Virus record (IMG/VR): IMGVR_UViG_3300034157_000063
Source: a virus
Taxonomy: Duplodnaviria > Heunggongvirae > Uroviricota > Caudoviricetes
DNA length: 64,000 bases
Reading direction: 5' to 3' (one strand)
Part shown: positions 18,980 to 27,412 of the stretch, piece after piece
How the letters are laid out: every line of letters starts with the position of its first letter
How positions within the stretch are numbered: the first letter of the stretch is position 1
Translations under genes and position numbers: made by a program
The notes under the pieces: model-generated
Database searches by the model: none
What the model saw: only the letters and a program-made list of their open reading frames with translations
Told to the model about the DNA's origin: nothing

Positions 18980-20074
18980 TCAAGCTTCTTTCATTTTTAC
19001 AAGCATTTCCATTGCAACGTCTTTATAAGTGACTACAAATTCTTCAATGTCTGGCACACTTTGTTCAAGTGCTTTCAAATAATCACTGATTTCTTTGTTT
19101 TTCAACTCAGGCTTAAATTTCAAAAGACGACCACCATTGAAATATTCTTTGAAAACCTTACGGCGTTCAAGCATAGCCCAAGTATCCTTCTCAGTTTGTG
19201 CAAAACTTGGAAAGAATTCATAGACACGTTCTTTCCATTTATCGCTATCCATCGGTGTTTTTTCTTTGAAATAACCCAGAGCATCTTGTTCTTCAATCCA
19301 GTTCAAGAAGCCATTATACGTTGGACGTTTACGATCACGGGTACGTTGTGTATGGTTACGGTTCTCAAATGCATACAGGCTTGGGCTGAAATAGCGGCTA
19401 GACGCTGCATACTCATAAATCTCCAAGAGGTTATCAAAACCAGCATAATAACGCTCTTGTGAGTAACCAAAGAACTCCAACGCTTCATCCCAATCATTCG
19501 TCAACACAACACTCTCAAAGAGGTTGTCACCATCCCTGAACAAATAACGAAGACCATCATGACCATATTTCAAGAAACCATTAGAGCTGGCAACAACACC
19601 CACCAAATTACCCAAATCATTCCAATTCAAATAAGAAGATTGAAAATTGTAGTAAGCTCGCTCAGAAGCAATCAAATCAAGCTGGAAATAAACCGCTTCT
19701 TCATCCGAAGGCAGACCGATACTCATCACCATATCTTTTTTGTCTTTTGGTTTGTAAGGCAATGGGCCAGTGTGATTGAATTCCACACGAAGCATTTCCA
19801 TCACTTCTTCATAAGGAACGAAGCTAAACAATTCACCATCTACCAGCAAATCGAGATCACCAAAAGTTTCTTTTTGACGATACGCTTTGACTTCATGGGG
19901 AGCATCAACAATGTTAGCACCCATAGAGTTTGCTTTTTCGATGGCAGCATTCAACACCTTGACAACTTTCGCCGTCAAGCTATCAAAATCTTTTTTATGG
20001 AGACGTTTCGATTGAACGCCAACCGGCTCAGGATTACCGTTTACTACGGCAAGAGCTAATGCATTACCACCCAT
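18980..20074 (-). CDS. hypothetical protein with a possible nucleotidyltransferase-fold motif (GDLDLLV)
   Basis: 364 aa. 'KETFGDLDLLVDG' resembles the pol-beta-superfamily DxD motif. Assignment is tentative. Confidence 0.5.
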   Translation of the reverse strand: MGGNALALAVVNGNPEPVGVQSKRLHKKDFDSLTAKVVKVLNAAIEKANSMGANIVDAPHEVKAYRQKETFGDLDLLVDGELFSFVPYEEVMEMLRVEFNHTGPLPYKPKDKKDMVMSIGLPSDEEAVYFQLDLIASERAYYNFQSSYLNWNDLGNLVGVVASSNGFLKYGHDGLRYLFRDGDNLFESVVLTNDWDEALEFFGYSQERYYAGFDNLLEIYEYAASSRYFSPSLYAFENRNHTQRTRDRKRPTYNGFLNWIEEQDALGYFKEKTPMDSDKWKERVYEFFPSFAQTEKDTWAMLERRKVFKEYFNGGRLLKFKPELKNKEISDYLKALEQSVPDIEEFVVTYKDVAMEMLVKMKEA

Positions 20075-20127
20075 GATGATACTCCTTTTAAAATAATGAC
20101 TTATTATATCATAAACCTATTAATAAA

Positions 20128-20448
20128 TCAAAGGATTAAAAAAGCATCATTCTCAAAATAATAGATAAAAGCAATCAACAAATCTTCTGCTGTTGCATTT
20201 TCTTTTTGGTCTTTAATATTTAATACAATATCTTCAATGGTGGCATTATCCAGTGTCACAATCCATTTTCCATCTCTTACTTCTAATGGCAAATACTCTT
20301 CTGAATCTGGTGCATAATTACTGCTGTCTTCTGTAAATGACCCAATGGTATCTAATGTCCATGATTGATGGTCATTTGGCAGACAAAACCAGCCTTCTGG
20401 ATTTTTATTGGCTTCGTTTAAAATAGTACTTATTGTATATTTTTTCAT
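20128..20448 (-). CDS. hypothetical protein
   Basis: 106-aa ORF. Confidence 0.45.
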   Translation of the reverse strand: MKKYTISTILNEANKNPEGWFCLPNDHQSWTLDTIGSFTEDSSNYAPDSEEYLPLEVRDGKWIVTLDNATIEDIVLNIKDQKENATAEDLLIAFIYYFENDAFLIL

Positions 20449-20474
20449 GTATTACTCTTTTTTAAGTTAATTGT

Positions 20475-21476
20475 TTATATGGCTTTAATGGTAAAGAAAG
20501 TATCTTGATCATCATATTTAGCTGCATTATAGGAAGTGACTTCATATTTGCCAGCAGGAACATCAATATAGACTGGTTTATACTGATCTTCGATAGATTC
20601 AATGTCTTTTCCATTTACTTGACATAGCTTAATGAATTCATCATAGTCCATGCCAAAGACAGCCCAGACTGCTGTATCAATTTTACCTTTTTTTGTTGCA
20701 CCTTTTACCGCTTTATTAATCTTGCAGGTAATTTCGTGTGTCTTTGGATTTTGATACAATGTAGGTGATGTATTCCCGACTTGAATATAAATAACTTTTA
20801 AGTGATTCCAAAACTCTGTGTTTAATTTTACGCCATAATCGCTGTTAATACTATTATTATAGCCAGAAATGTCACTGATGTATTTATCCGATGTGATTGC
20901 CAGTGTTCTATCAAACAAATTCAGTAAATGGTTTGAAAAAATTAATTTCCCTGATGGTACATCAATAACGTTGCTATAATGACCCACACCTTCTGGAAAT
21001 TTACACGCTGATTGTGCTTCTTTTACATAGACCCAATATTCTTCTTCTTCTTTTTTCAAATCATTTGTATAGGTATCACCTTTCTTTTTTACTTTTACGT
21101 TGCAACCACAATCAACACAGTGAATTTCTTTTATCCAGTGCGGATTATTTTCACCTTTTTTGAAAAATGGCACAATTTCTTCTTTCTTGTGAACGCCTTT
21201 AACTAACGGATCTAATAAATAAGATTCAATTACGCTTAGGTATCTGTCTTTTAAATCTATCCATAGCCGTTGATTTTCAAAGTCAGACATCGGTCTAATA
21301 TCCACAACCGCTCTTAGGTGTCCTTGTAGATTAATAGTTTGACTATTAAAATTCTCTTTAAAATAAGTATTAAAAATATCTTCTGCTAAAGCTTTAACTA
21401 CTGATTTACTCTTATCAGTTTGTTTAAGATGTTCATTGGCGAAATCATAAATAGCAGCGTGATCAATAGGTGTCAT
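20475..21476 (-). CDS. hypothetical protein
   Basis: 333-aa ORF. Confidence 0.55.
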   Translation of the reverse strand: MTPIDHAAIYDFANEHLKQTDKSKSVVKALAEDIFNTYFKENFNSQTINLQGHLRAVVDIRPMSDFENQRLWIDLKDRYLSVIESYLLDPLVKGVHKKEEIVPFFKKGENNPHWIKEIHCVDCGCNVKVKKKGDTYTNDLKKEEEEYWVYVKEAQSACKFPEGVGHYSNVIDVPSGKLIFSNHLLNLFDRTLAITSDKYISDISGYNNSINSDYGVKLNTEFWNHLKVIYIQVGNTSPTLYQNPKTHEITCKINKAVKGATKKGKIDTAVWAVFGMDYDEFIKLCQVNGKDIESIEDQYKPVYIDVPAGKYEVTSYNAAKYDDQDTFFTIKAI

Positions 21477-21525
21477 TTGTCAATTCCTCAATAATTATTT
21501 TAATAAAATGGTCCGGTTAAGTCTT

Positions 21526-22299
21526 TTATTTACTTTTTACAAAATCAATCAGCAAGGCTTCAAGTGATTTAATATTTTTATTCACGTTAACACCTTTGCA
21601 TTCAGAAAGATAAATATTGAAAATGGCTTTCAGGGCAACTGAATCATGTTCCATCATTTCTAATACATCTATATAATGAAATTTACTGGTGGGATTGTGT
21701 TCTTTTTGTAGAGTTTTACAAACATCCATCATGTATTCAAAGAAACCATGATAGTTTTTATGGAAGACTGTATGAATTTCAACATCTGTTAGCCCATCAA
21801 ATACACCCGCTTCTTCAAGAACTTTATGACAACCCAGCCATTTTTCTTGTGCAATCAGATCTCTGTTATCTTCACATGTCTTAATGTTGTCTACAAGTTT
21901 AGTCATGTAGTGTTCATAGCAATAGTATTCATAACCAATATTATGGATGACTTCATGTTTGCCACAGGCATTGCAAGTGGTTAGCATTTTAAACATCTTG
22001 TCTTTTTTCATGGAGCAATGTTTACATTTACCCAGTTGGCTTGTATCGCTGAACCGTTGAAATTCATGATTACAACCCATATAGACTTGGTATTTATCCC
22101 AAGCGGCTTTCTCAGCTTCGGCTAGCGTAACACCTTCACCACGGATATAACTCATATCTTTAATAAAGACTTCAAAAAAAACTACGGAACCAATACCATC
22201 AAGTGAACCACCACCAGCCTGCGATCCAGAACCGTCCGGCCATTCATAAATGGTTTCTTCTTTGTATTCATTTGTCAGTAGACCTGTTCTAATTTTCAT
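21526..22299 (-). CDS. hypothetical Cys/His-rich protein (possible metal-binding)
   Basis: 257 aa with CNHE...CKHC...CNACGKHE...CYEHY clusters. Confidence 0.55.
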   Translation of the reverse strand: MKIRTGLLTNEYKEETIYEWPDGSGSQAGGGSLDGIGSVVFFEVFIKDMSYIRGEGVTLAEAEKAAWDKYQVYMGCNHEFQRFSDTSQLGKCKHCSMKKDKMFKMLTTCNACGKHEVIHNIGYEYYCYEHYMTKLVDNIKTCEDNRDLIAQEKWLGCHKVLEEAGVFDGLTDVEIHTVFHKNYHGFFEYMMDVCKTLQKEHNPTSKFHYIDVLEMMEHDSVALKAIFNIYLSECKGVNVNKNIKSLEALLIDFVKSK

Positions 22300-22418
22300 C
22301 TATTAATTCCCATTAAATTTTCATTATTTTAACACAATTAAGACGTTCTTTCAAGTCTCTTTAAGTTTGACATCGGCCTGTTTTTTTGCTATTATTAGAC
22401 AACAATATTGGAGGCGAG

Positions 22419-22754
22419 ATGACTAACAAAGTAGACGTTCAGAAAGCAGATAGCGATTTAGTAGATATCTTTGAAAAAGAGACAGCTATTATCCTTGAAG
22501 CACTCGGCCATCCAGAAGCTATGGTTACTGATGAATCCGAGGTTGGTGATTTTCTTATTTTGCTTTTTATGGAGCCTAAGACCGCCGATGACTTTCAGGA
22601 AATGCAGAAAATTGCAGAGTATAATAAGCTCAGTCTTGATCACCTTCAATCTATTTTTGATCCTATCTGTGAAGTTACGCGAACATCACTCATTGGGGAA
22701 CTCGCTCAGAAGCTGAGTTTCTATAACGCATCCAAGGTGAAAACACTGCATTGA
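22419..22754 (+). CDS. hypothetical protein
   Basis: The ATG at 22419 is preceded by a GGAGG SD. Track ORF starts upstream at 22386. Confidence 0.5.
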   Translation: MTNKVDVQKADSDLVDIFEKETAIILEALGHPEAMVTDESEVGDFLILLFMEPKTADDFQEMQKIAEYNKLSLDHLQSIFDPICEVTRTSLIGELAQKLSFYNASKVKTLH

Positions 22755-22792
22755 TAGCGTGTTTGTTACCTTTTAATAGATAGGTAAAACAT

Positions 22793-23455
22793 ATGAAGAA
22801 ATTTGATAAAGTAGTCGGATCACGTTACATTAAAAGCGATGATCAAATCAACTTTAAAACACCAGCAAAGTCGAAAAGACATATTTTTCATTTCTACTGG
22901 AAAGATAAGCGTATTATTAAAGATTGTGCTTACAGTGGTTGGGCCGATTTAGTTAATGACATTTTAAGAACAAACAATATTACAACAGAATCGTATTTTA
23001 ATTACAGTTTGCGTTTTATGGATAAATTTAATTCATTTGCGACTATGTTGAATTATCCGATTATGCTTTATAACAATTATCACTATACGATATCTGTTCA
23101 TTATGATTCTGATGTTATTGAAGATATTCTGAAACCAAGTCGTGTCATTATTCGTTGGAACAATGGTTTTAATCATTGTATTAATTTGAATAAAGAAAAA
23201 GGCACGTTTGCTGAATACAAACAAGATGATATAGAAAATTACAAGAAAACTGGTTTTTTTGTGGATATTCGAGAGTATTCTTTTACTCGTGGTGATGTGT
23301 TTATAGAGCATGGCATTACTGATCAAAGCAAAGCCATCAAAGCCTTATTAAGAACGAAATATGAATCCATCCCAGATGAATATAAGGTAGGTGTTACACC
23401 CGAAACGATGGATTATGATTCATTGTGTTTACTGTTTGAAATGTCTACTATTTAA
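22793..23455 (+). CDS. tail-family paralogue (ends ...LCLLFEMSTI)
   Basis: 220 aa. Confidence 0.6.
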   Translation: MKKFDKVVGSRYIKSDDQINFKTPAKSKRHIFHFYWKDKRIIKDCAYSGWADLVNDILRTNNITTESYFNYSLRFMDKFNSFATMLNYPIMLYNNYHYTISVHYDSDVIEDILKPSRVIIRWNNGFNHCINLNKEKGTFAEYKQDDIENYKKTGFFVDIREYSFTRGDVFIEHGITDQSKAIKALLRTKYESIPDEYKVGVTPETMDYDSLCLLFEMSTI

Positions 23456-23472
23456 GATTAATTGTTGACAAC

Positions 23473-23498
23473 AAAAAACCGCAGAGATGCGGTTTTTG
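23473..23498. terminator. bidirectional rho-independent terminator
   Basis: AAAACCGCA-GAGA-TGCGGTTTT between convergent genes. Confidence 0.65.
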
Positions 23499-23513
23499 TA
23501 TTTAATTATATAA

Positions 23514-24242
23514 TTAACTATTATAGTTCGTAATAGGTTGTCTACATACTTCATATTCAACCGATGAACCATTTGTAACTTTTACAACACTTTTTGTATA
23601 AAAATAACTCACAACCAATGTCATTGATATTGGGTTCGTACTATTATTTACATTATAGGATGATCCACCCCAGACAACAGTCTCTGTATAGTTACCACCC
23701 GTAGTAACAGTTTCCCAATAAGTGGCTGGTTGGCCTCCTGCTGGATGTAGGTAACGACATACTTTTGAACCTAGTATGCCCGTTGATGGTATGACTCTAC
23801 TATCGACACTGGCGACTGTTTCAGTGCTCGTTTCAGTTGTTGGACTGGATATATTTCTGTATTGATCCGTTTCAGCATTATATTCCCTAGCTTGCACACT
23901 TCTTGTTTTATCTTTTGAACAAGATGTGGATGTTTGAGAGGTTGTATAACCAAAACCAGAGGGTTGCTTATTAGATGATGGTGTCCAATTACAACTGTGC
24001 AGTGTCTCGTTATAAACCCATGCTGTATACTCAGGTGCAGTAGCAACCCATATTTCTTCTGGTGTTGTTGGCACTTCTGGGGTTGATGGTGTGTTCGAAA
24101 ATGATATAGACCCATTGGCTAGTGAACCACCTTGACTTTGTTCTAATGGCTCTATGACTACATATTCTGCTTTTACTTGATTTATTGATAAAACACCTAA
24201 ACATACAAAAAACGATAATTTCCATTTATGTTCTTTTTTCAT
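23514..24242 (-). CDS. secreted protein (signal peptide), member of the EPLEQSQGGSLANGSISF-motif family
   Basis: N-terminus MKKEHKWKLSFFVCLGVLSINQVKA, then the shared motif. Cys-containing and S/T-rich. Confidence 0.55.
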   Translation of the reverse strand: MKKEHKWKLSFFVCLGVLSINQVKAEYVVIEPLEQSQGGSLANGSISFSNTPSTPEVPTTPEEIWVATAPEYTAWVYNETLHSCNWTPSSNKQPSGFGYTTSQTSTSCSKDKTRSVQAREYNAETDQYRNISSPTTETSTETVASVDSRVIPSTGILGSKVCRYLHPAGGQPATYWETVTTGGNYTETVVWGGSSYNVNNSTNPISMTLVVSYFYTKSVVKVTNGSSVEYEVCRQPITNYNS

Positions 24243-24413
24243 ATAAAAACCTATACATGTTTTTCTATATTTTAGCAACAATAAAACTAATGTAAATATG
24301 TTTAATAATATATTTTTTTATATATTGCTATGCAGTCTTATGACCGTATAGAATATCTAAAGCGATGTAATTATTGAGTATTTCTAAGATTTAATGAGAA
24401 AATAAAAAAATGG

Positions 24414-24442
24414 TTGACAATGCGGTAGTAATATCGTATTAT
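24414..24442 (+). promoter_or_regulatory. sigma70 promoter for the tRNA pair
   Basis: TTGACA-17nt-TATTAT, 14 nt upstream of tRNA-Pro. Confidence 0.5.
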
Positions 24443-24455
24443 TTAATTATCGAAA

Positions 24456-24532
24456 CGGAGTGTAGGTCAGCCCGGTAGACCGCTTGCTTTGGGAGCAAGA
24501 TGCCGCAGGTTCAAATCCTGCCACTCCGACCA
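24456..24532 (+). tRNA. tRNA-Pro (anticodon UGG), CCA encoded
   Basis: Hand-folded cloverleaf: acceptor CGGAGTG/CACTCCG, D-arm GGTC/GACC, anticodon stem CTTGC/GCAAG with loop TTTGGGA, T-arm GCAGG-TTCAAAT-CCTGC, discriminator A, then CCA. Confidence 0.85.
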
Positions 24533-24580
24533 ATTTTTAAAATAGAGTAACTTAGTTGCTCTATTCTTTTCTAAAGAGTT

Positions 24581-24658
24581 TGAAGGGTAGCTCAGTGGGT
24601 AGAGCAGCCTGCATTTTGGGCGGGTATGTCGGAGGTTCAAATCCTTCCTCTTCAACCA
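24581..24658 (+). tRNA. tRNA, anticodon probably UUU (Lys); unusual anticodon arm
   Basis: D-arm GCTC-AGTGGGTA-GAGC and T-arm GGAGG-TTCAAAT-CCTTC are canonical. Acceptor TGAAGGG/CTCTTCA (one G-U). The best anticodon-arm fold is CCTGC-ATTTTGG-GCGGG, with an extra unpaired nt at position 26 or a 6-bp stem. CCA encoded. Confidence 0.55.
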
Positions 24659-24706
24659 TATTTTGTAAACTATGTAATGGTATGTAGTCTGAACTGAGGT
24701 CATTAG

Positions 24707-25585
24707 ATGGATATTGGTATGGAACACTTTAAATTGCTACAGGCACGCTCTGATTTTGGTGTTAGCATGAAGTCATATCGAGATGCAAAAACTGGTAATT
24801 TTCATGTGTTTTCAAGTAATGGTATCTACTGTGTTTTAATCAATCGTAGAGATATTCATTTTTATAGAAATCATGATTTCCTTGTAAAGACGAAAGCGAG
24901 ATACAGTCATGTGAGTCCATTTAGTAATGATCTAGATATCATTAATTATTTAGAGTTATCAATTTTTTTACATGCTAATGCTACGGTTGTTGATAACTTA
25001 GTAAAATTGTTAAGTAAGGTGAGTTATTCAGAAGATGTTAGCCATATGTTGCATATAAAGCAAATGAACTATTTCTTCAATCTAGACCATGACCACCATG
25101 TTTTCAATACAGGCATTGCTGCTAGAAATGCTCAAATTGCAATGATTAAAAATGATGAAGAATTTTACTATTCAAATAATAGTTTTCAACGTCTAAATTC
25201 AAGTTTAAACAATTTTATACAGAATCATACTGGTTGTCTTACTGAGTTATATTATAGTCTGGAAACCGATAAGATCTTATTTACACACGATTTAAAGTGG
25301 TCAGTTATTAATTTTGTTTACGCTCCATCAACTGGTATTTTAGATATCAATAGCCGTCCTCGTGATAAATATAAAGATTCACAAAATGCACTAGATGAAT
25401 TAATTCCAGAAGTATCTATAAGTTTATCAGAAGCTGCAATGTATGAATATGTCTACGAATATGTCTTTAAACGGTCGGTCGAAGATTTAAAACCGTCAAT
25501 GGAACAAGTATTTAATGATTTCGGTGTGACATTTGATAGTAATTATAAGGACACATTGAAAATCGTTGATATGATAATGATTTAA
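24707..25585 (+). CDS. tail-family paralogue (ends ...TLKIVDMIMI)
   Basis: 292 aa. SD GAGG 8 nt upstream. Confidence 0.6.
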   Translation: MDIGMEHFKLLQARSDFGVSMKSYRDAKTGNFHVFSSNGIYCVLINRRDIHFYRNHDFLVKTKARYSHVSPFSNDLDIINYLELSIFLHANATVVDNLVKLLSKVSYSEDVSHMLHIKQMNYFFNLDHDHHVFNTGIAARNAQIAMIKNDEEFYYSNNSFQRLNSSLNNFIQNHTGCLTELYYSLETDKILFTHDLKWSVINFVYAPSTGILDINSRPRDKYKDSQNALDELIPEVSISLSEAAMYEYVYEYVFKRSVEDLKPSMEQVFNDFGVTFDSNYKDTLKIVDMIMI

Positions 25586-25765
25586 TACGCAGTATACGAA
25601 TGTGATGAAGTTAATCATCCATTCACCAGATTTAGGACGTGATGGCGAACGGCAGTAGTCTATTATGTGAAGCGGGGTTCGAGTCCCTAAACTAGAATGT
25701 TCGACTCCTTCAGTGCATGGTGCAAAGCATAATGGTCCTAATCTATTTTTAATTGGAGAGCAACT

Positions 25766-25936
25766 ATGAATCAAAGAGAAATGTTTGAAAAAAGTTTTGA
25801 ACGTCCAACTAATTATTGTAAATTAGATGCTGAATCTCAATGGCGAATTGATGATAGGCTTGGTATTCTTGATTGGGAAGGTAAGGATTTAAGCTCCGAA
25901 GATCGTCAACGCATGAATGAACATTACGAGAAATAA
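25766..25936 (+). CDS. small hypothetical protein (56 aa)
   Basis: ATG at 25766 with a GGAGAG SD. Followed by a terminator. Confidence 0.4.
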   Translation: MNQREMFEKSFERPTNYCKLDAESQWRIDDRLGILDWEGKDLSSEDRQRMNEHYEK

Positions 25937-25943
25937 CAACACA

Positions 25944-25973
25944 ACAAAAAAGACCTTTTCAGGTCTTTTTTTT
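25944..25973. terminator. bidirectional rho-independent terminator
   Basis: AAAAAGACCT-TTTC-AGGTCTTTTT followed by a T-run. Confidence 0.65.
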
Positions 25974-25977
25974 ATTA

Positions 25978-26388
25978 TTAATATGGATAGTATCCATTGT
26001 AATATACTCTTTGCACAGGTGGTGCGTAGTAAGCAGGTCTATCGACATAGATGACTTGTTGTCTTACTGGTGGAGCGTAATACACAGGTTGTGAATAGTA
26101 TACAGGTTGTGGCTGATAACGTCTGCTCATTTCATAATCGTAAGCAGCTTGTTCTCTGGCAGCAGCTTGATACCTATAACTGTCATTGTAACCTCTATTA
26201 TAGGAATTGTTATTGCCTGAGTTAATGACATAAGATACAGCACCAACTGTTAAAGCTGCAGCAGCCGTATAGCCCACAAATCTACCAAAATCATTTCCGC
26301 CGCCGTGATGATGTCCACCGCGTGCTTGAGCTACACCTACTGATAGTAATGTGCTGGCTAGAACTAAAATTGTAAATGCCTTTTTCAT
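25978..26388 (-). CDS. secreted low-complexity Tyr/Pro/Gln-rich protein
   Basis: Signal peptide MKKAFTILVLASTLLSVGVAQA, a GGHHHGGG stretch, and repeated PVYY / YYAPPV motifs. Local GC is higher than the surroundings. Start chosen at the ATG with a GGAG SD. Confidence 0.55.
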   Translation of the reverse strand: MKKAFTILVLASTLLSVGVAQARGGHHHGGGNDFGRFVGYTAAAALTVGAVSYVINSGNNNSYNRGYNDSYRYQAAAREQAAYDYEMSRRYQPQPVYYSQPVYYAPPVRQQVIYVDRPAYYAPPVQRVYYNGYYPY

Positions 26389-26475
26389 GGTAAACTCCAT
26401 TGTGGTGTTATCTTGATCCTATCATATCAAAATAATAATCATTTACAATGAGCTTTACACAATTATTACATAGGT

Positions 26476-26505
26476 AAAAAAAAGCACCTATTTCTAAGTG
26501 CTTGT
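26476..26505 (-). terminator. rho-independent terminator (duplicated cassette)
   Basis: AAAAAAAGCACCTATTTCTAAGTGCTT. Identical 27-mer at 27372-27398. Confidence 0.6.
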
Positions 26506-26510
26506 TATTT

Positions 26511-27251
26511 TTAAAGTTCCATATTCTTAACTCGACATATTTCTGAATATTCAAAATTAGGATTAGGCCCAGATATTCTTTCGTCACCTTCGCTATAGTT
26601 ATCAAAATAGATATACGATGATGTATTGGTTGGCGATCTGTCTGGATCATAATCATCAGGAACATAATACCAGTTATCAAGTTTAAGATGATTTAATCCA
26701 AAAGTGTTTGAATGAAATTCCTGAGTACCATCTATTATATTCGTAGCTGCATAGTCTGTACTTGTATTCAAAATACACTCTGGGGTCCAATCTGGACCAG
26801 TGTGATCATCTTCAGGTGGTCTTTCATCCATATCAACAGGTGGCATCATTGGATAACTTGACAAATTATCACCACATATTTCAAATAGTTTACCCTCTGG
26901 GTAGCTCTCCATTTGTTTGCCCTTGCTCAATCCCGGTTTTATAAATTTGTTATTCGATGGACTGTAATAACTAATAACACTTTGATTAAAAATAAACATC
27001 ATATCCCCAATCTGAAATTCTCTATCCGGTTGTTCATAGACAACAACTAGGTTGTTGTCATCATAGATACAATTATTGCTTGGATTTTCTCCATTATCTG
27101 TATTACCCTTATCACCAAAACTTATGCTTCCATCAGGCAAACCTCCACCAGCATCCATTTCTAATGGTAATGCAACTTGATAGGCTGCGAATGTAAATTG
27201 TGAAAAAGACGTTATCATCAGCATTGTTGTTATTTTTAATAGCTTTGACAT
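26511..27251 (-). CDS. secreted protein, one 'NCIYDDNNLVVV...PGLSKG...EIC' module
   Basis: Signal peptide, then the shared N-terminal motif LPLEMDAGGGLPDGSISF. C-terminus GPNPNFEYSEICRVK. Confidence 0.6.
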   Translation of the reverse strand: MSKLLKITTMLMITSFSQFTFAAYQVALPLEMDAGGGLPDGSISFGDKGNTDNGENPSNNCIYDDNNLVVVYEQPDREFQIGDMMFIFNQSVISYYSPSNNKFIKPGLSKGKQMESYPEGKLFEICGDNLSSYPMMPPVDMDERPPEDDHTGPDWTPECILNTSTDYAATNIIDGTQEFHSNTFGLNHLKLDNWYYVPDDYDPDRSPTNTSSYIYFDNYSEGDERISGPNPNFEYSEICRVKNMEL

Positions 27252-27371
27252 CTTGCCAACCTTTAAATTATTAATATATGTGTATATGTTAACTTGGTAA
27301 TAATTAAAGTCAAATTTATGACGTATTGCTAAGTTTATGTTTTTATTTGATAATCTGTCATTATTTTGGCT

Positions 27372-27400
27372 AAAAAAAGCACCTATTTCTAAGTGCTTTA
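27372..27400 (-). terminator. rho-independent terminator (duplicated cassette)
   Basis: Same hairpin as 26476-26505. Confidence 0.6.
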
Positions 27401-27412
27401 TTTTTTATCTTA

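Noticed and set aside
19559-20059. 166-aa plus-strand ORF inside 18980..20074
   Set aside because: Antisense overlap with a low-complexity translation (HHHIFFVFWF...).
24467-24727. 86-aa minus-strand ORF
   Set aside because: It overlaps both tRNA genes on the opposite strand.
25496-25774. 92-aa minus-strand ORF
   Set aside because: It covers the tRNA-like structured intergenic region and the 3' end of a family gene. The protein (…CFAPCTEGVEHSSLGTRTP…) is just the translation of T-arm-like sequence.
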